This document shows, piece by piece, positions 20,768 to 30,882 of a stretch of DNA of 64,000 nucleotides; position 1 is the first letter of the stretch; the number at the start of each line of letters is the position of its first letter. A program made the translations under genes and the position numbers. This DNA is from a virus (lineage: Duplodnaviria > Heunggongvirae > Uroviricota > Caudoviricetes > Crassvirales). The DNA lies in IMG/VR virus record IMGVR_UViG_3300025288_000016, positions 431 to 64,430 of that record. One strand, given 5' to 3'. The notes beneath the pieces were generated by a model. That model made no database searches. It was not told the origin of the DNA and saw only the letters and a list, made by a program, of their open reading frames with translations.

Positions 20768-21229
20768 TCATAATATATGTAATTGTTGCATTAATTTTTT
20801 AAGCTCTGATTTATTTTTAAGATTTCCTAGAAACATATCAAACTTAGCATCTATTTTTCCTTCTCTTGAATACCAACCTTCTATTCTAATACTAAATAAA
20901 TCGGGATTATTTGGACTAAACCATAATCTATAATTAAATTCTTTCTTAAATTTATAATTAAATTCTTTTGATATATCATTATAAATCCAACCTAAACTTT
21001 CAATATCTTCTTTATCTAGGTATTTAACTCTTATACTATCTCCTCCACTATATACGCAAGCTAATCTATTCGTTATATCCTCATTCCAAATATTATCTTT
21101 ATCTACAAATTGAAATATCTCTTTACTATATTTTTCTGGAGTATATGCTGAATTTACCCATCTTTCATATTCAAAACCTTGATAAAACTCTTCTATAGAA
21201 GGTGTATAATATTTATTGTTCATCTTCAT
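20768..21229 (-). CDS. hypothetical protein, paralogue of 18350-18778
   Basis: See 18350-18778. The DNA 3' ends are also near-identical over ~35 bp. Confidence 0.5.
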   Translation of the reverse strand: MKMNNKYYTPSIEEFYQGFEYERWVNSAYTPEKYSKEIFQFVDKDNIWNEDITNRLACVYSGGDSIRVKYLDKEDIESLGWIYNDISKEFNYKFKKEFNYRLWFSPNNPDLFSIRIEGWYSREGKIDAKFDMFLGNLKNKSELKKLMQQLHIL

Positions 21230-21678
21230 CCACTATTAAATAACTAGATTTACCTGTCTTAATATACTCTCTCATAGCTTTAGTATGAATATATTCTAAT
21301 TCTGCATCTGTAGTATCATCTGTTATTATTATCTTCTTAATTCTTTTAATTATCATATATTTCTTTCTTTTGGTACTTTTCTTTCTTTGTTAATAACATT
21401 GCAAAGGTACGAAATATTTTTGACATATGCAAGTTTTTTATTAATTATTTTTTATAACCATTCATAATATTCATAATGTAATATTTTTTTACATTCAGGA
21501 CAAGCTAAATTAGTTTCTATATAATTACAAAATTTTTTTAAATTTTTTTTAAATTTTTTTATTGTTAATGTGAGAGTGACTTAATCTAAGCATCACCCCC
21601 TACTCTTTTTTAATTTTGCGATGTACCCCTACTTAATTGTAAGGAAGTCCTAATATAAACAGTAAAAACAAGAAAAAA

Positions 21679-22128
21679 ATGAACACATTAAGAATTGAAA
21701 CAGTATCCTACAAGGGAGTAGAGCAAAAACAACTAATTGGAACTTGTAAATTAGCAAGTAAACTTAGTGAAAAAGAAATTGAGTACACCAATGCTAAAGG
21801 CGAGGTTAAAACTTATAGAATAGCCAACGTTAAAGGACAGTTACCTAATGGTAAAGTAATTGACATTACAGCAAGTGTACCACAGCGTAACCAAGAGCTT
21901 ATGGAAGAGAATGGTAGTGAGTTCACAGTAGGCGAGAGCTACTTAACCACTATAACAGCTCAACCTGATAAGAATGACCCAACAAAGCTTATCTTCTTTG
22001 CAAGAATGTCACACTTAACTAATGCAGGTACAGACAATGTAGCATTAGCAGAGGCATTTGGTGCAGAGTTTGGTATTGTTGATAATCCTGTAGTTAAAAC
22101 AGGTAAAGAAATAGAGGTAGAGGCATAG
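21679..22128 (+). CDS. hypothetical protein encoded in a compositionally atypical (GC-richer) segment
   Basis: 149-aa ORF with clearly higher G+C codon usage than all neighbours. Followed by a strong terminator. Confidence 0.5.
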   Translation: MNTLRIETVSYKGVEQKQLIGTCKLASKLSEKEIEYTNAKGEVKTYRIANVKGQLPNGKVIDITASVPQRNQELMEENGSEFTVGESYLTTITAQPDKNDPTKLIFFARMSHLTNAGTDNVALAEAFGAEFGIVDNPVVKTGKEIEVEA

Positions 22129-22136
22129 CAACTATT

Positions 22137-22160
22137 GAGGGTGTAACAGCCCTCTTTTAG
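22137..22160 (+). terminator. Rho-independent terminator
   Basis: GAGGG-tgtaacag-CCCTC followed by TTTT. Confidence 0.6.
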
Positions 22161-22959
22161 TTTCCTATAAATCTATTATCACAAATTTAAATCTATTATC
22201 ACAAACATAGGTTTTAAGTCTATTTAACTCTCTCTCACTTAGGTTAAAGTTTTAAATAGTTTAATTAGTGTTGTTAATTGGTTAAATTTAGTTAGTAGTA
22301 GGAGTGATATGTTTAATATCTATCTAGTTTTGAACTAGTTACAGTTTGTTTGTGGACTGATGTGAGCATGGTAATAAACCAATATCACTCTTTTACTCAA
22401 TTCAATAACAATAAAATCTATCAAATTAATTAATAATATAACTAAAACCACCAGTTTCTTTGATAAAGATAGAGTAAAACAAAAATGAGTTCTCAGCAAA
22501 TAATTAGATAGTAATGGGTAACCATTCAACCTGAAACGGCAATCAATTATATGACCCTACTCTTATTAAGCGACCAGACCTGCCTATAATTCTGGTGTGG
22601 GGTGTTAATAGGTAATAAGAAAGAGGGTGCTAATAAACAATGATAATGTTAGTTAATCGTTGTGTTTAGTTAAATCTAAACTTTATAGCTAACGGATAGG
22701 TTGAAATTCCTTGTAGTTGTAAGAAGTAAGAAAAGTCTAATTCTTTATAGTAACAGTCAAGCACTAATAAAAGACTAATGATGCAATGAGTTACTATACT
22801 TACAACTATTAAAATACTATCAATAGACAAACCTTCACGAGGTGATAGTGTTTAAACTAATTGTCTAATTAAAACTAAAAATATGATGGCTTTAGAAAAA
22901 CAAGTACGCAACATGAAAATAAAACTAAGAAAGTTTAATTACATTTTAAAAGAATTATT

Positions 22960-23643
22960 ATGAAACTACAAATAATTGAAACACAAGATTACATATTAAC
23001 TGTTTCAGATGAAGAGATTAAGCATAAAAATATCATATTGCACATACCTAGCAATTGTATTTTAGACGCTGATGAGTTTTATGAAATGAACGGAAATACT
23101 ACTATTCTATTTAACGATTTAAACAAACGTGAAGTTTTAGCTAAAGATTGCAAAAAAATAATAGCCTACCAAACAAAGAACAATGCACCTGAATTAAATG
23201 GATTACCATTGCTTCCAGAAATAGTTGTTGAAGATGATGTTGAGAACTTAGCTAAATTAAAATATCCAATAAATTCCGCTAAAGGTTCAATGGAAATGTT
23301 AAATAGAGACCAATTAAACAACTCTTTAAAACAAGAGGGATTTATTGAAGGTTATAAAGCAGCAACTAAAGTTTATAGTGAAGAGGATGTAATTGACTTT
23401 TCTATTTTTAGAACAACTACAAATACTAAAGAATTTCATAATTGTAAAAATGTTTATGAACAATTTAATCTTTGGAAATCTCTCAAACAATCTAAAACAC
23501 CTAAATGGTTTGTTGCTGAAATAGATTGTGATGAAGTTAGACAATGTATGTGTGAAACTAATGATGATTGTTTAAAACCAAAACTAAAAACCACAACAAT
23601 TAATGGTAAAACTTATTTAGCAGGAACTTACTTATACGAATAA
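22960..23643 (+). CDS. hypothetical protein
   Basis: 227-aa ORF. Confidence 0.45.
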   Translation: MKLQIIETQDYILTVSDEEIKHKNIILHIPSNCILDADEFYEMNGNTTILFNDLNKREVLAKDCKKIIAYQTKNNAPELNGLPLLPEIVVEDDVENLAKLKYPINSAKGSMEMLNRDQLNNSLKQEGFIEGYKAATKVYSEEDVIDFSIFRTTTNTKEFHNCKNVYEQFNLWKSLKQSKTPKWFVAEIDCDEVRQCMCETNDDCLKPKLKTTTINGKTYLAGTYLYE

Positions 23644-23645
23644 TT

Positions 23646-24509
23646 ATGAAAAATATACATGTATTACCAACAGATAAACCAAGTAGAATTTATAATATTT
23701 TAGGAAGTAAAAAAATTGGATTTACTTCAAATGACCCATTTTATACTGAAAATTGTGGTGGTGGTACTAAAAACCAAAACATCTACATCACTTCTGATAA
23801 AGAAATTAGTGGCTTTGAAAACAATATTTGGGTTATTAAAGGAGATAGAATTTTTTTATGGCAAAATACAATGGCATTAGTTTCTAATAATAAACCAAGA
23901 AAAATTATTTTGACTACAGACCAAGACTTAATCAATGATGGTGTACAAGAAATTAATTATGAGTTTTTAGAATGGTTTGTTAATAATCCAGGTTTTGAAA
24001 AGATTGAAGTTATAAAAACACATTTATGTACTCAAACTGGATTACCTTGTGGTATGCAATGTTTAAATGAAGAAACGTGTAATGAAAATATAACTTACAA
24101 AATCATAATTCCAAAAAAAGAACCTAAATGTTTATATGATACTCCAAGATCCTGTGAAAATAGTGAATGTCGAGTTTTAAACAAATGTAATGGAGATAGA
24201 GTTAAATCTAAACAAGAAACACTTGAAGAAGCTAAAATAAAGATTTATAAAGATTATTGGAATTTTGAACATACCCAATGGATAAAATCTAGTTTTTTTA
24301 ATGGTTTTGAAGCAGGTGCTAAATGGCAAGCTGAAAAAATGTATAGTGAGGAAGGTTTAAAAAATGCTTTTGATTCTGCAAGAGAGTTTAACTCTTTAGA
24401 TGGTGTAGTAGATGTACATATAGTATTATCTATGGGTGGCGATGTGTCAGACTTACAACCTTTATATTTTACATTTGAAGAATGGTTTGAACAATTTAAA
24501 AAGAAATAG
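23646..24509 (+). CDS. hypothetical protein
   Basis: 287-aa ORF, Cys-rich middle region. Confidence 0.45.
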   Translation: MKNIHVLPTDKPSRIYNILGSKKIGFTSNDPFYTENCGGGTKNQNIYITSDKEISGFENNIWVIKGDRIFLWQNTMALVSNNKPRKIILTTDQDLINDGVQEINYEFLEWFVNNPGFEKIEVIKTHLCTQTGLPCGMQCLNEETCNENITYKIIIPKKEPKCLYDTPRSCENSECRVLNKCNGDRVKSKQETLEEAKIKIYKDYWNFEHTQWIKSSFFNGFEAGAKWQAEKMYSEEGLKNAFDSAREFNSLDGVVDVHIVLSMGGDVSDLQPLYFTFEEWFEQFKKK

Positions 24510-24511
24510 CT

Positions 24512-24859
24512 ATGAAAAGACTAATTCAGTGGTTAACTAAACCTTTTAGAAAACATATTCATAATTATAATGCATCTATTATAGATATTGCTATGGAAAA
24601 CAATACTAACTATATTATCCTTCAATGTAAATGTGGACATGTAAAAGCAGATAGAGTTCATAGAGAAAGTGAAACATATAACTCTTTTGAATCTAAAAAA
24701 CTTAAAGAGGTTTTATATAAAAATACTGCTGATACTAATCATTTAGAATTTATTTACGATAGACTCATAAATGTTTATGGTGAAAATCCTAATTATGATT
24801 ATATGATAAAACTTAAAGAAATTTCTCAAACACGATGCTATTACATTATCAATGTTTAA
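24512..24859 (+). CDS. hypothetical protein
   Basis: 115-aa ORF. Confidence 0.4.
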   Translation: MKRLIQWLTKPFRKHIHNYNASIIDIAMENNTNYIILQCKCGHVKADRVHRESETYNSFESKKLKEVLYKNTADTNHLEFIYDRLINVYGENPNYDYMIKLKEISQTRCYYIINV

Positions 24860-24892
24860 AAAATAGTTTAAACAATTTAGAAAGAAATAATT

Positions 24893-25378
24893 ATGAAAGA
24901 ACAATTAGTAACATTTGATACAGCTAAACTAGCTAAAGAAAAAGGGTTTATACTACCCACTAAGATGTATTATGAAAATTCATTAATTGAACAAACACAT
25001 CATGAAGATGGTAAATCTGGTCCATTTGGTTGGGAAAAAGGAGAAATGAATTTACAATCTGGGTATTTCATCAATAATTGGAAGAATTCCGATTTTAGTA
25101 ATAAATCTTGGTATATGTGTTCTGCTCCAACACAATCATTACTTCAAAAATGGTTAAGAGAAGTTCATAATTGGAATATTATTGTTTTTAATGATGATGG
25201 AGATATTGAGTTTGGAAATTTAAGATACAATTTTGAATTAAGAAATGTAACAATATCTTTTAAAAAAAGGAACATTAAAAACATAGTAGGCACTTATGAA
25301 TTTAAAACCTATGAAGAAGCATTAGAAAAAGGATTACAAGAAGCACTTAAATTAATTAAACTAAAAACTACTTTATAA
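24893..25378 (+). CDS. hypothetical protein
   Basis: 161-aa ORF. Confidence 0.4.
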   Translation: MKEQLVTFDTAKLAKEKGFILPTKMYYENSLIEQTHHEDGKSGPFGWEKGEMNLQSGYFINNWKNSDFSNKSWYMCSAPTQSLLQKWLREVHNWNIIVFNDDGDIEFGNLRYNFELRNVTISFKKRNIKNIVGTYEFKTYEEALEKGLQEALKLIKLKTTL

Positions 25379-26154
25379 AATAATGAAAATAATATTAATG
25401 AATCACACAATTAATTTTCTTAATCAAAAACATCCAGATTATATATATAATTTAATACAAGATTATAAAATAGTAGAAAAAGAAAATTATTTCATATTAA
25501 ATAAATAAAAAATTAACTTAATAATATAATACTAGAAAAAATGAAAATAATAATGATAAGTTTATTAATATTACCTTTAATTGGAATATATTATTCTATT
25601 AAAGAGATGATTCAAAATCATAAAGAATATATTAAAGACCTAAATAATGATAAAAATGAATAAATCATTATTAAAATGGTTAAACCTTAAACCAAAAACA
25701 TTAATTGTTTAAAAAAAGATGATATATAAAAATTAAAATCATCCAAAATACCTTTGAGACGGCATGGAGAAGGATAATATTTTGAGGAGTTGCCAGCATG
25801 ACCATTAAATAAATGGTGCTAAACTTAATAAATTTAAAAACATGAAACCACAAACACAATCTGATATAACATTAAATATTATATCAAAACTAAATTTACA
25901 TAATGAAAATTTAGAAAAAGGAGAATTTTTAGAAAGATTTGACCCTGAAACTGAAGCTTAATAATTATTTAAAAACAATTAACAATGAAAACAAACAAAA
26001 CAATTGTATTTACTAGAAAAATAATAGCTTCTAGTAATAAAAAAAGAACTAACTTACGGGTTATGGTAACTAATAGTGATAGAAATATAATTAGTTTACA
26101 TAATAGAGCAATATTATCTAATATAATTATATAAATTAGTACTTATAATATATT

Positions 26155-26442
26155 ATGAAACCACAATTAAAAGTAAGTAAACCTTTTATATTAAAAAGTA
26201 ATACAAACGAAGGTGATAAATCAAAACAATATTGTGTTATAATGATTAGAGAAGGTTATGATGCTGGTTTATCTATTAAAAGATTAACTTTAACTAAACA
26301 CAGAAATAGTTATTTAAAATTAGGATTTAAAGTTATTAAGAAATACAAAGGTATGTATTTAATGCAACAATTATTTTCTGTTAAATTAAAATCTTTAAAT
26401 AAAATAATAAAATGGATGACAGGTAACAACAAAGAAAAGTAA
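26155..26442 (+). CDS. hypothetical small protein
   Basis: 95-aa ORF. Confidence 0.35.
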   Translation: MKPQLKVSKPFILKSNTNEGDKSKQYCVIMIREGYDAGLSIKRLTLTKHRNSYLKLGFKVIKKYKGMYLMQQLFSVKLKSLNKIIKWMTGNNKEK

Positions 26443-26835
26443 CAAAAGAAATATATATATATATATATTATATTATATTATATATTATTTATTTATATGA
26501 CTAAAACTTTGATTGACTTATTTAAGTATTATTTTATAAATCAATACTATTACCTAAACATGAGATTTAAGACTATTTAGATAGGTTCTAACGAACTTTT
26601 AAGTCTTTTACACATATTATATTTAATACAACTATTTAAGTGTCTTAAATCTCTTTATTTTAAATGAAAACAAAAACTACATTACTAGAAATATTAAATA
26701 TAATAGAATCTTGTAATAGTTTATTAGAAATTATTAGATTAAAAGAATCTATTACAGCATTATTAGAAAGTGAAGAATATAGTGCTTTTGAAAGAGTAAC
26801 TATAATAACTAATTTAAATATTAAAAAGAAAAACT

Positions 26836-27081
26836 ATGAATAAATTATTATTAATAATACTAATATTTTTCTTATTAATATCAATTGGTTATAGTATTGA
26901 ATACTATAACAAAATTAGTAAGAAAAAGAGAATGAAAGATTTGACTGGTATATATTCTCATACTAAAACACCAAAAGGAATTATATTTAGAGTACAATTT
27001 AAAGATAATAATAACCATTTAGATTTTAGAATAGCAACAGAAAAAGAAATAAAAGTTTTAAAACAATACAAATATTTATGA
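26836..27081 (+). CDS. small membrane protein
   Basis: N-terminal TM LLLIILIFFLLISIGY. Confidence 0.4.
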   Translation: MNKLLLIILIFFLLISIGYSIEYYNKISKKKRMKDLTGIYSHTKTPKGIIFRVQFKDNNNHLDFRIATEKEIKVLKQYKYL

Positions 27082-27350
27082 AACAAATTAGTCGTAAAAG
27101 AATATTTGTCTCATTGAGAAAAATATTTAAACTATTTTTTATTCCAGAAGAAGATTTTGAAAAAAAATATATGGAAACTAAGATTAGAGATATTGTCTCA
27201 GAATTAATGTTTATGTCTATAACTGAACGTTTTAAATTATTAGACACAATTAAAACTAGAGTTACTAATGAGACAATAAAAGAAAAAGAAAAACTAATAA
27301 TTAAATTAGATGAAATAACAAAAACATTAATAGATTATGAAAAGATATAA
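27078..27350 (+). CDS. hypothetical small protein
   Basis: 90-aa ORF with overlapping stop/start. Confidence 0.35.
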   Translation: MKQISRKRIFVSLRKIFKLFFIPEEDFEKKYMETKIRDIVSELMFMSITERFKLLDTIKTRVTNETIKEKEKLIIKLDEITKTLIDYEKI

Positions 27351-27454
27351 ATTAATTAAAGACTATCCTAACTGTCAATATCAGTTAAACCAAGAAATAG
27401 TAATTTAAAAACTAATCATGCTGTAACTTTAATAGAATTAGTAAAAAATAAATT

Positions 27455-27859
27455 ATGAGTATATTACAAGAAGATTTAATTAAAAAGTTATTACCAGGTA
27501 TAATTAAAAATTTATCTGTTTTTGCGATAGCTAATAAAACACAACTAAATATTGAAATATTATTAGTTGGTGAATTATATACATTAATTAGAAGACATTT
27601 ACCTCATTTATGTTTAACAAATATAAATTTTACTAAATATAATATTGAAAAAATTTATATTAATTATAGTACAGGTGAAATACTTTGGGTTAATTTTATT
27701 AAAGACCATAGATTTAGAGGTTGTTATAAAGAAGAAGTTATAGATTGTTTAAATAAAATATTAGAAGAAATTAATCCTAATTATTCTATTTTAAATCTAT
27801 CATGTCAATTAAATTCAATTACACAAAACTTAGAAAATTATAAACCATTTTCTGCTTAA
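27455..27859 (+). CDS. hypothetical protein
   Basis: 134-aa ORF. Confidence 0.4.
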   Translation: MSILQEDLIKKLLPGIIKNLSVFAIANKTQLNIEILLVGELYTLIRRHLPHLCLTNINFTKYNIEKIYINYSTGEILWVNFIKDHRFRGCYKEEVIDCLNKILEEINPNYSILNLSCQLNSITQNLENYKPFSA

Positions 27860-27878
27860 TAAATTAAATAATAAAATA

Positions 27879-28355
27879 ATGAAAAAAAACGAAAACAAAA
27901 ATGTATTAGAAGTAGAAGATTCTAAATTACCAGCTTTATTTTTTCCTTTAACAAAAGACCAACAAAAAATTGAAAATAAGTATAAAAATAACTTAGCTTC
28001 AGTATTTGCAATTTTAAAGGATAATAAATTTGAACCAAATAAAGGTGTTCCTGCATCTGAAATGGGTGAAGTTATTAATGAATTCTTTAAAGAAGAAATT
28101 GAATCAAAAAAACAAGAAGTAAAAGAAAAATTAAAACTTCTTTTAACTAAAAAAGTTCAATTTGATAAAACTATTGCAGAAGAAACTAGAAAATTTCAAT
28201 CTGTTATATTAAATAAAAAGAAAGAATTTAGTGATGAATTAGAATCTGTTTTAAGTTTAGTTCAAGGAATTGACCAACTTAGAATAGATTTTCTAAAATC
28301 TTTAGGTCAAGAAATTTCTAAAGAAATTATTGATAACAATGAAGAAGAAAACTAA
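27879..28355 (+). CDS. hypothetical protein (charged, coiled-coil-like)
   Basis: 158-aa ORF. Confidence 0.4.
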   Translation: MKKNENKNVLEVEDSKLPALFFPLTKDQQKIENKYKNNLASVFAILKDNKFEPNKGVPASEMGEVINEFFKEEIESKKQEVKEKLKLLLTKKVQFDKTIAEETRKFQSVILNKKKEFSDELESVLSLVQGIDQLRIDFLKSLGQEISKEIIDNNEEEN

Positions 28356-28364
28356 ATAATATTA

Positions 28365-28418
28365 GAATACTTACAGCAACATAAACTATATAAAATTGGA
28401 TTTATAAAAAAAGTATTC
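28365..28418 (+). other. Hairpin element of the repeated 'GAATACTTACAGCAA' family (copy 1)
   Basis: GAATACTT (28365-72) pairs with AAGTATTC (28411-18). The 5' arm is followed by ACAGCAAC-ATAAAC. Confidence 0.5.
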
Positions 28419-28425
28419 TGTAAAT

Positions 28426-28543
28426 GGGGGAGTAGCTCAGTTGGTAGAGCACTTAAAACTCTATTCTGTATAAGAATAGATACAGCAAAATAACTATGCA
28501 ATTTGAATGCAATGGTCATAGGTTCGATTCCTATACTCCCCCC
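28426..28543 (+). ncRNA. tRNA-like structured RNA, non-canonical (~118 nt): acceptor, D-arm and T-arm present, with ~66 nt in place of a normal anticodon arm. Candidate Y-RNA/YrlA-like RNA.
   Basis: GGGGGAG-TA-GCTC-AGTTGGTA-GAGC 5' end and ATAGG-TTCGATT-CCTAT-(A)-CTCCCCC 3' end. The interior contains an 8-bp hairpin TCTATTCT/AGAATAGA and no U33/anticodon loop. Confidence 0.55.
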
Positions 28544-28566
28544 TAATTAATTAACAACAATTTAAA

Positions 28567-29049
28567 ATGAAATTATATGTAACTTTTAAAAAACCAAAAA
28601 CAGTAATAGAATTTTTAAAACAATTTTATAATAATAATGTAATATCATATAATGCAGTTAAAGCTTATCCTCATAGTACTTATTATGATAAAAGGTGTAC
28701 TTTATTACAATCTAGACATACTAGAAGAAGTTTTGATGATTTATTTTCATTAATAACCACATATTATCCAAGTATAAGTGAAAAAAAACTATTACATTAT
28801 TTATTAATTCTAAAAATAGAAAATAAATATAAAAAAAAAGAATATTTTAAACCATATTTTGGATATTGTTTAGATTCTGGAATATTAAAATATATGCCTT
28901 ATAGTTATACACATATAACTTGTTATGGGGATATTTTATGTGATAAAAGATGTCAAAATTCTAAACATTCAATAAAAAGTTTAATGTTATTATTAAATAT
29001 AAAAACTAAAACTGAATTTTTAGAATATATTGCGAAACATACAAAATAA
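28567..29049 (+). CDS. hypothetical Cys/His-rich protein
   Basis: 160-aa ORF between two structured-RNA elements. Confidence 0.45.
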   Translation: MKLYVTFKKPKTVIEFLKQFYNNNVISYNAVKAYPHSTYYDKRCTLLQSRHTRRSFDDLFSLITTYYPSISEKKLLHYLLILKIENKYKKKEYFKPYFGYCLDSGILKYMPYSYTHITCYGDILCDKRCQNSKHSIKSLMLLLNIKTKTEFLEYIAKHTK

Positions 29050-29060
29050 TTAAAAATAAA

Positions 29061-29129
29061 AGAATACTTACAGCAAAATAACTTACAAATAAATTTTCTA
29101 GACATAAATTTAGTTATAAGTAGTATTCT
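29061..29129 (+). other. Hairpin element of the 'AGAATACTTACAGCAA' family (copy 2)
   Basis: AGAATACT (29061-68) pairs with AGTATTCT (29122-29). The 13-mer ACAGCAAAATAAC at 29071-83 is identical to 28485-97 inside the tRNA-like RNA. Confidence 0.5.
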
Positions 29130-29159
29130 GATAATAAACAATTTAAATCTTATAACAAA

Positions 29160-30635
29160 ATGAAAAAAAACACAATTAACAGACCAGGACAAAAACCTGT
29201 ACAACAATCACTTTTAGTAAATGCTGTAAGAAAAGAAAAAAAAGTATATACTAATAATGGTGCTAGAACAAATGCTACATCATTATATAAAGTATTAGAT
29301 TTATTTTTTATTGCTGGTGCATCACGTAATATGAATGATAAAAAAATCATTGAAATGTTTGATGCAGCATTAGCAGAAAATACTTTATTAGCATTAAAAT
29401 GTATATTTTGGGCTAGAGATATTAGAGGTGGTGCAGGTGAAAGAAGATTTTTTAGAATCTGTATGGAACATTTAAGAAAAGATTATAATGAAATTTATAA
29501 ATCTATGACTCAATATGTTCCTGAATATGGTCGTTGGGATGATTTATTTTTTTCAAATGCAACAGCTTTATCTAATTACAGAATGATTAGGACAAGTTTA
29601 AACAACAAAAATGGTTTATTAGCTAAATGGTTACCACGTAAAGGTAATATAGCTAAAATTATTAGAGATAAACTTGGATTATCACCTAGAATATATAGAA
29701 AAACTATTGTTAGATTATCACAAACAGTTGAACAACAAATGTGTGCTAAACAATGGAAACATATTAATTATTCTGGTGTACCATCTGTAGCTATTAATAA
29801 ATATAGAAAAGCTTTTTATCGTAATGATGAAGCTAGATTTACTCAATTTATAACATCTGTTACAAAAGGTACTAAAAAAATTAATGCTAAAGCTATATTT
29901 CCACATACACTTGTTAGAGCAATTTATCAAGGGGAAAATGAAAGAGCAGTTGAAGCACAATGGATGAATTTACCTAATTACATGGAAGGTTCAAAAGATA
30001 GAATTTTACCTATTTGTGATACTTCAGGTAGTATGTCAATAAATAGTAATATTCCTATGGATGTGTCTATAGCACTAGGTATATATATTTCAGAAAGAAA
30101 TAAAGGTCCATTTAAAAATGCTTTTATGACATTTTCAGCTAAACCTGAAATGCATGTTACTAATGGTACATTATCTCAAAGATTAAATCAAATTAGAAAT
30201 GCTCCTGCTGGTTATAATACTAATTTGGTAGCTTGTTTTAATCTTCTTTTAGAAACTGGTATTAAACATGATTTATCTAATAAAGATATGCCTACTAAAA
30301 TATTAGTTATTTCTGATATGGAATTTGATGGTACAGCAAGTAGTTATTATGTTAGTGCTAGAGAACAAGCCAAATCTTCTAGAGAATTTTTAAGTAATTA
30401 TGAAATTATTAAAAGAAATTATACAAACTCTGGTTATAATATGCCAAGTATTGTATTTTGGAATGTAAATGGTAGAGCTGAAAATGTACCTGCTACAAAA
30501 GATGATAGAGTAGGTTTAGTATCTGGATTTAGTCCTGCAATATTAACATCAATATTATCAGGTAAAATTTATAGTCCATCTCAATTAATGTTAAGAACTA
30601 TAGATTCTGATAGATATAGACAAATAAAATTATAA
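29160..30635 (+). CDS. von Willebrand factor A (MIDAS) domain protein with alpha-helical N-terminal domain; Ro60/TROVE-like or DUF2828-like architecture
   Basis: MIDAS motif DTSGSM at aa 287-292 begins a C-terminal vWA domain. A ~280-aa helical N-domain with ARDIRGGAGERRFF precedes it. 491 aa in total. Confidence 0.5.
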   Translation: MKKNTINRPGQKPVQQSLLVNAVRKEKKVYTNNGARTNATSLYKVLDLFFIAGASRNMNDKKIIEMFDAALAENTLLALKCIFWARDIRGGAGERRFFRICMEHLRKDYNEIYKSMTQYVPEYGRWDDLFFSNATALSNYRMIRTSLNNKNGLLAKWLPRKGNIAKIIRDKLGLSPRIYRKTIVRLSQTVEQQMCAKQWKHINYSGVPSVAINKYRKAFYRNDEARFTQFITSVTKGTKKINAKAIFPHTLVRAIYQGENERAVEAQWMNLPNYMEGSKDRILPICDTSGSMSINSNIPMDVSIALGIYISERNKGPFKNAFMTFSAKPEMHVTNGTLSQRLNQIRNAPAGYNTNLVACFNLLLETGIKHDLSNKDMPTKILVISDMEFDGTASSYYVSAREQAKSSREFLSNYEIIKRNYTNSGYNMPSIVFWNVNGRAENVPATKDDRVGLVSGFSPAILTSILSGKIYSPSQLMLRTIDSDRYRQIKL

Positions 30636-30882
30636 AATTAAAGATTACTAACAGGAAAATAATAAACACCAAACTTTTAATTTGACACGTTTATATGTAA
30701 TCTGAATAATATTAAAAATATGAAAAAATATATTAAACTTATTAAAAAATCTATTCTTGAAGAAATAGATGAAACTAGAGGTATTGAAGAATTAGAAATT
30801 AGATTTAGTATAGATGGTGCAGATAATCCTGAAGTACATTTAAAATTAAAGACTTATTCTAAAATATAATATTAAAAATATA

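Noticed and set aside
28426-28543. Considered calling this a normal tRNA containing an intron
   Set aside because: The extra ~45-66 nt is far too short for a bacterial or phage group I tRNA intron. No anticodon loop with U33 can be drawn. There is an extra nucleotide between the T-stem and the acceptor 3' strand. It is better described as a tRNA-like structured RNA or pseudo-tRNA.
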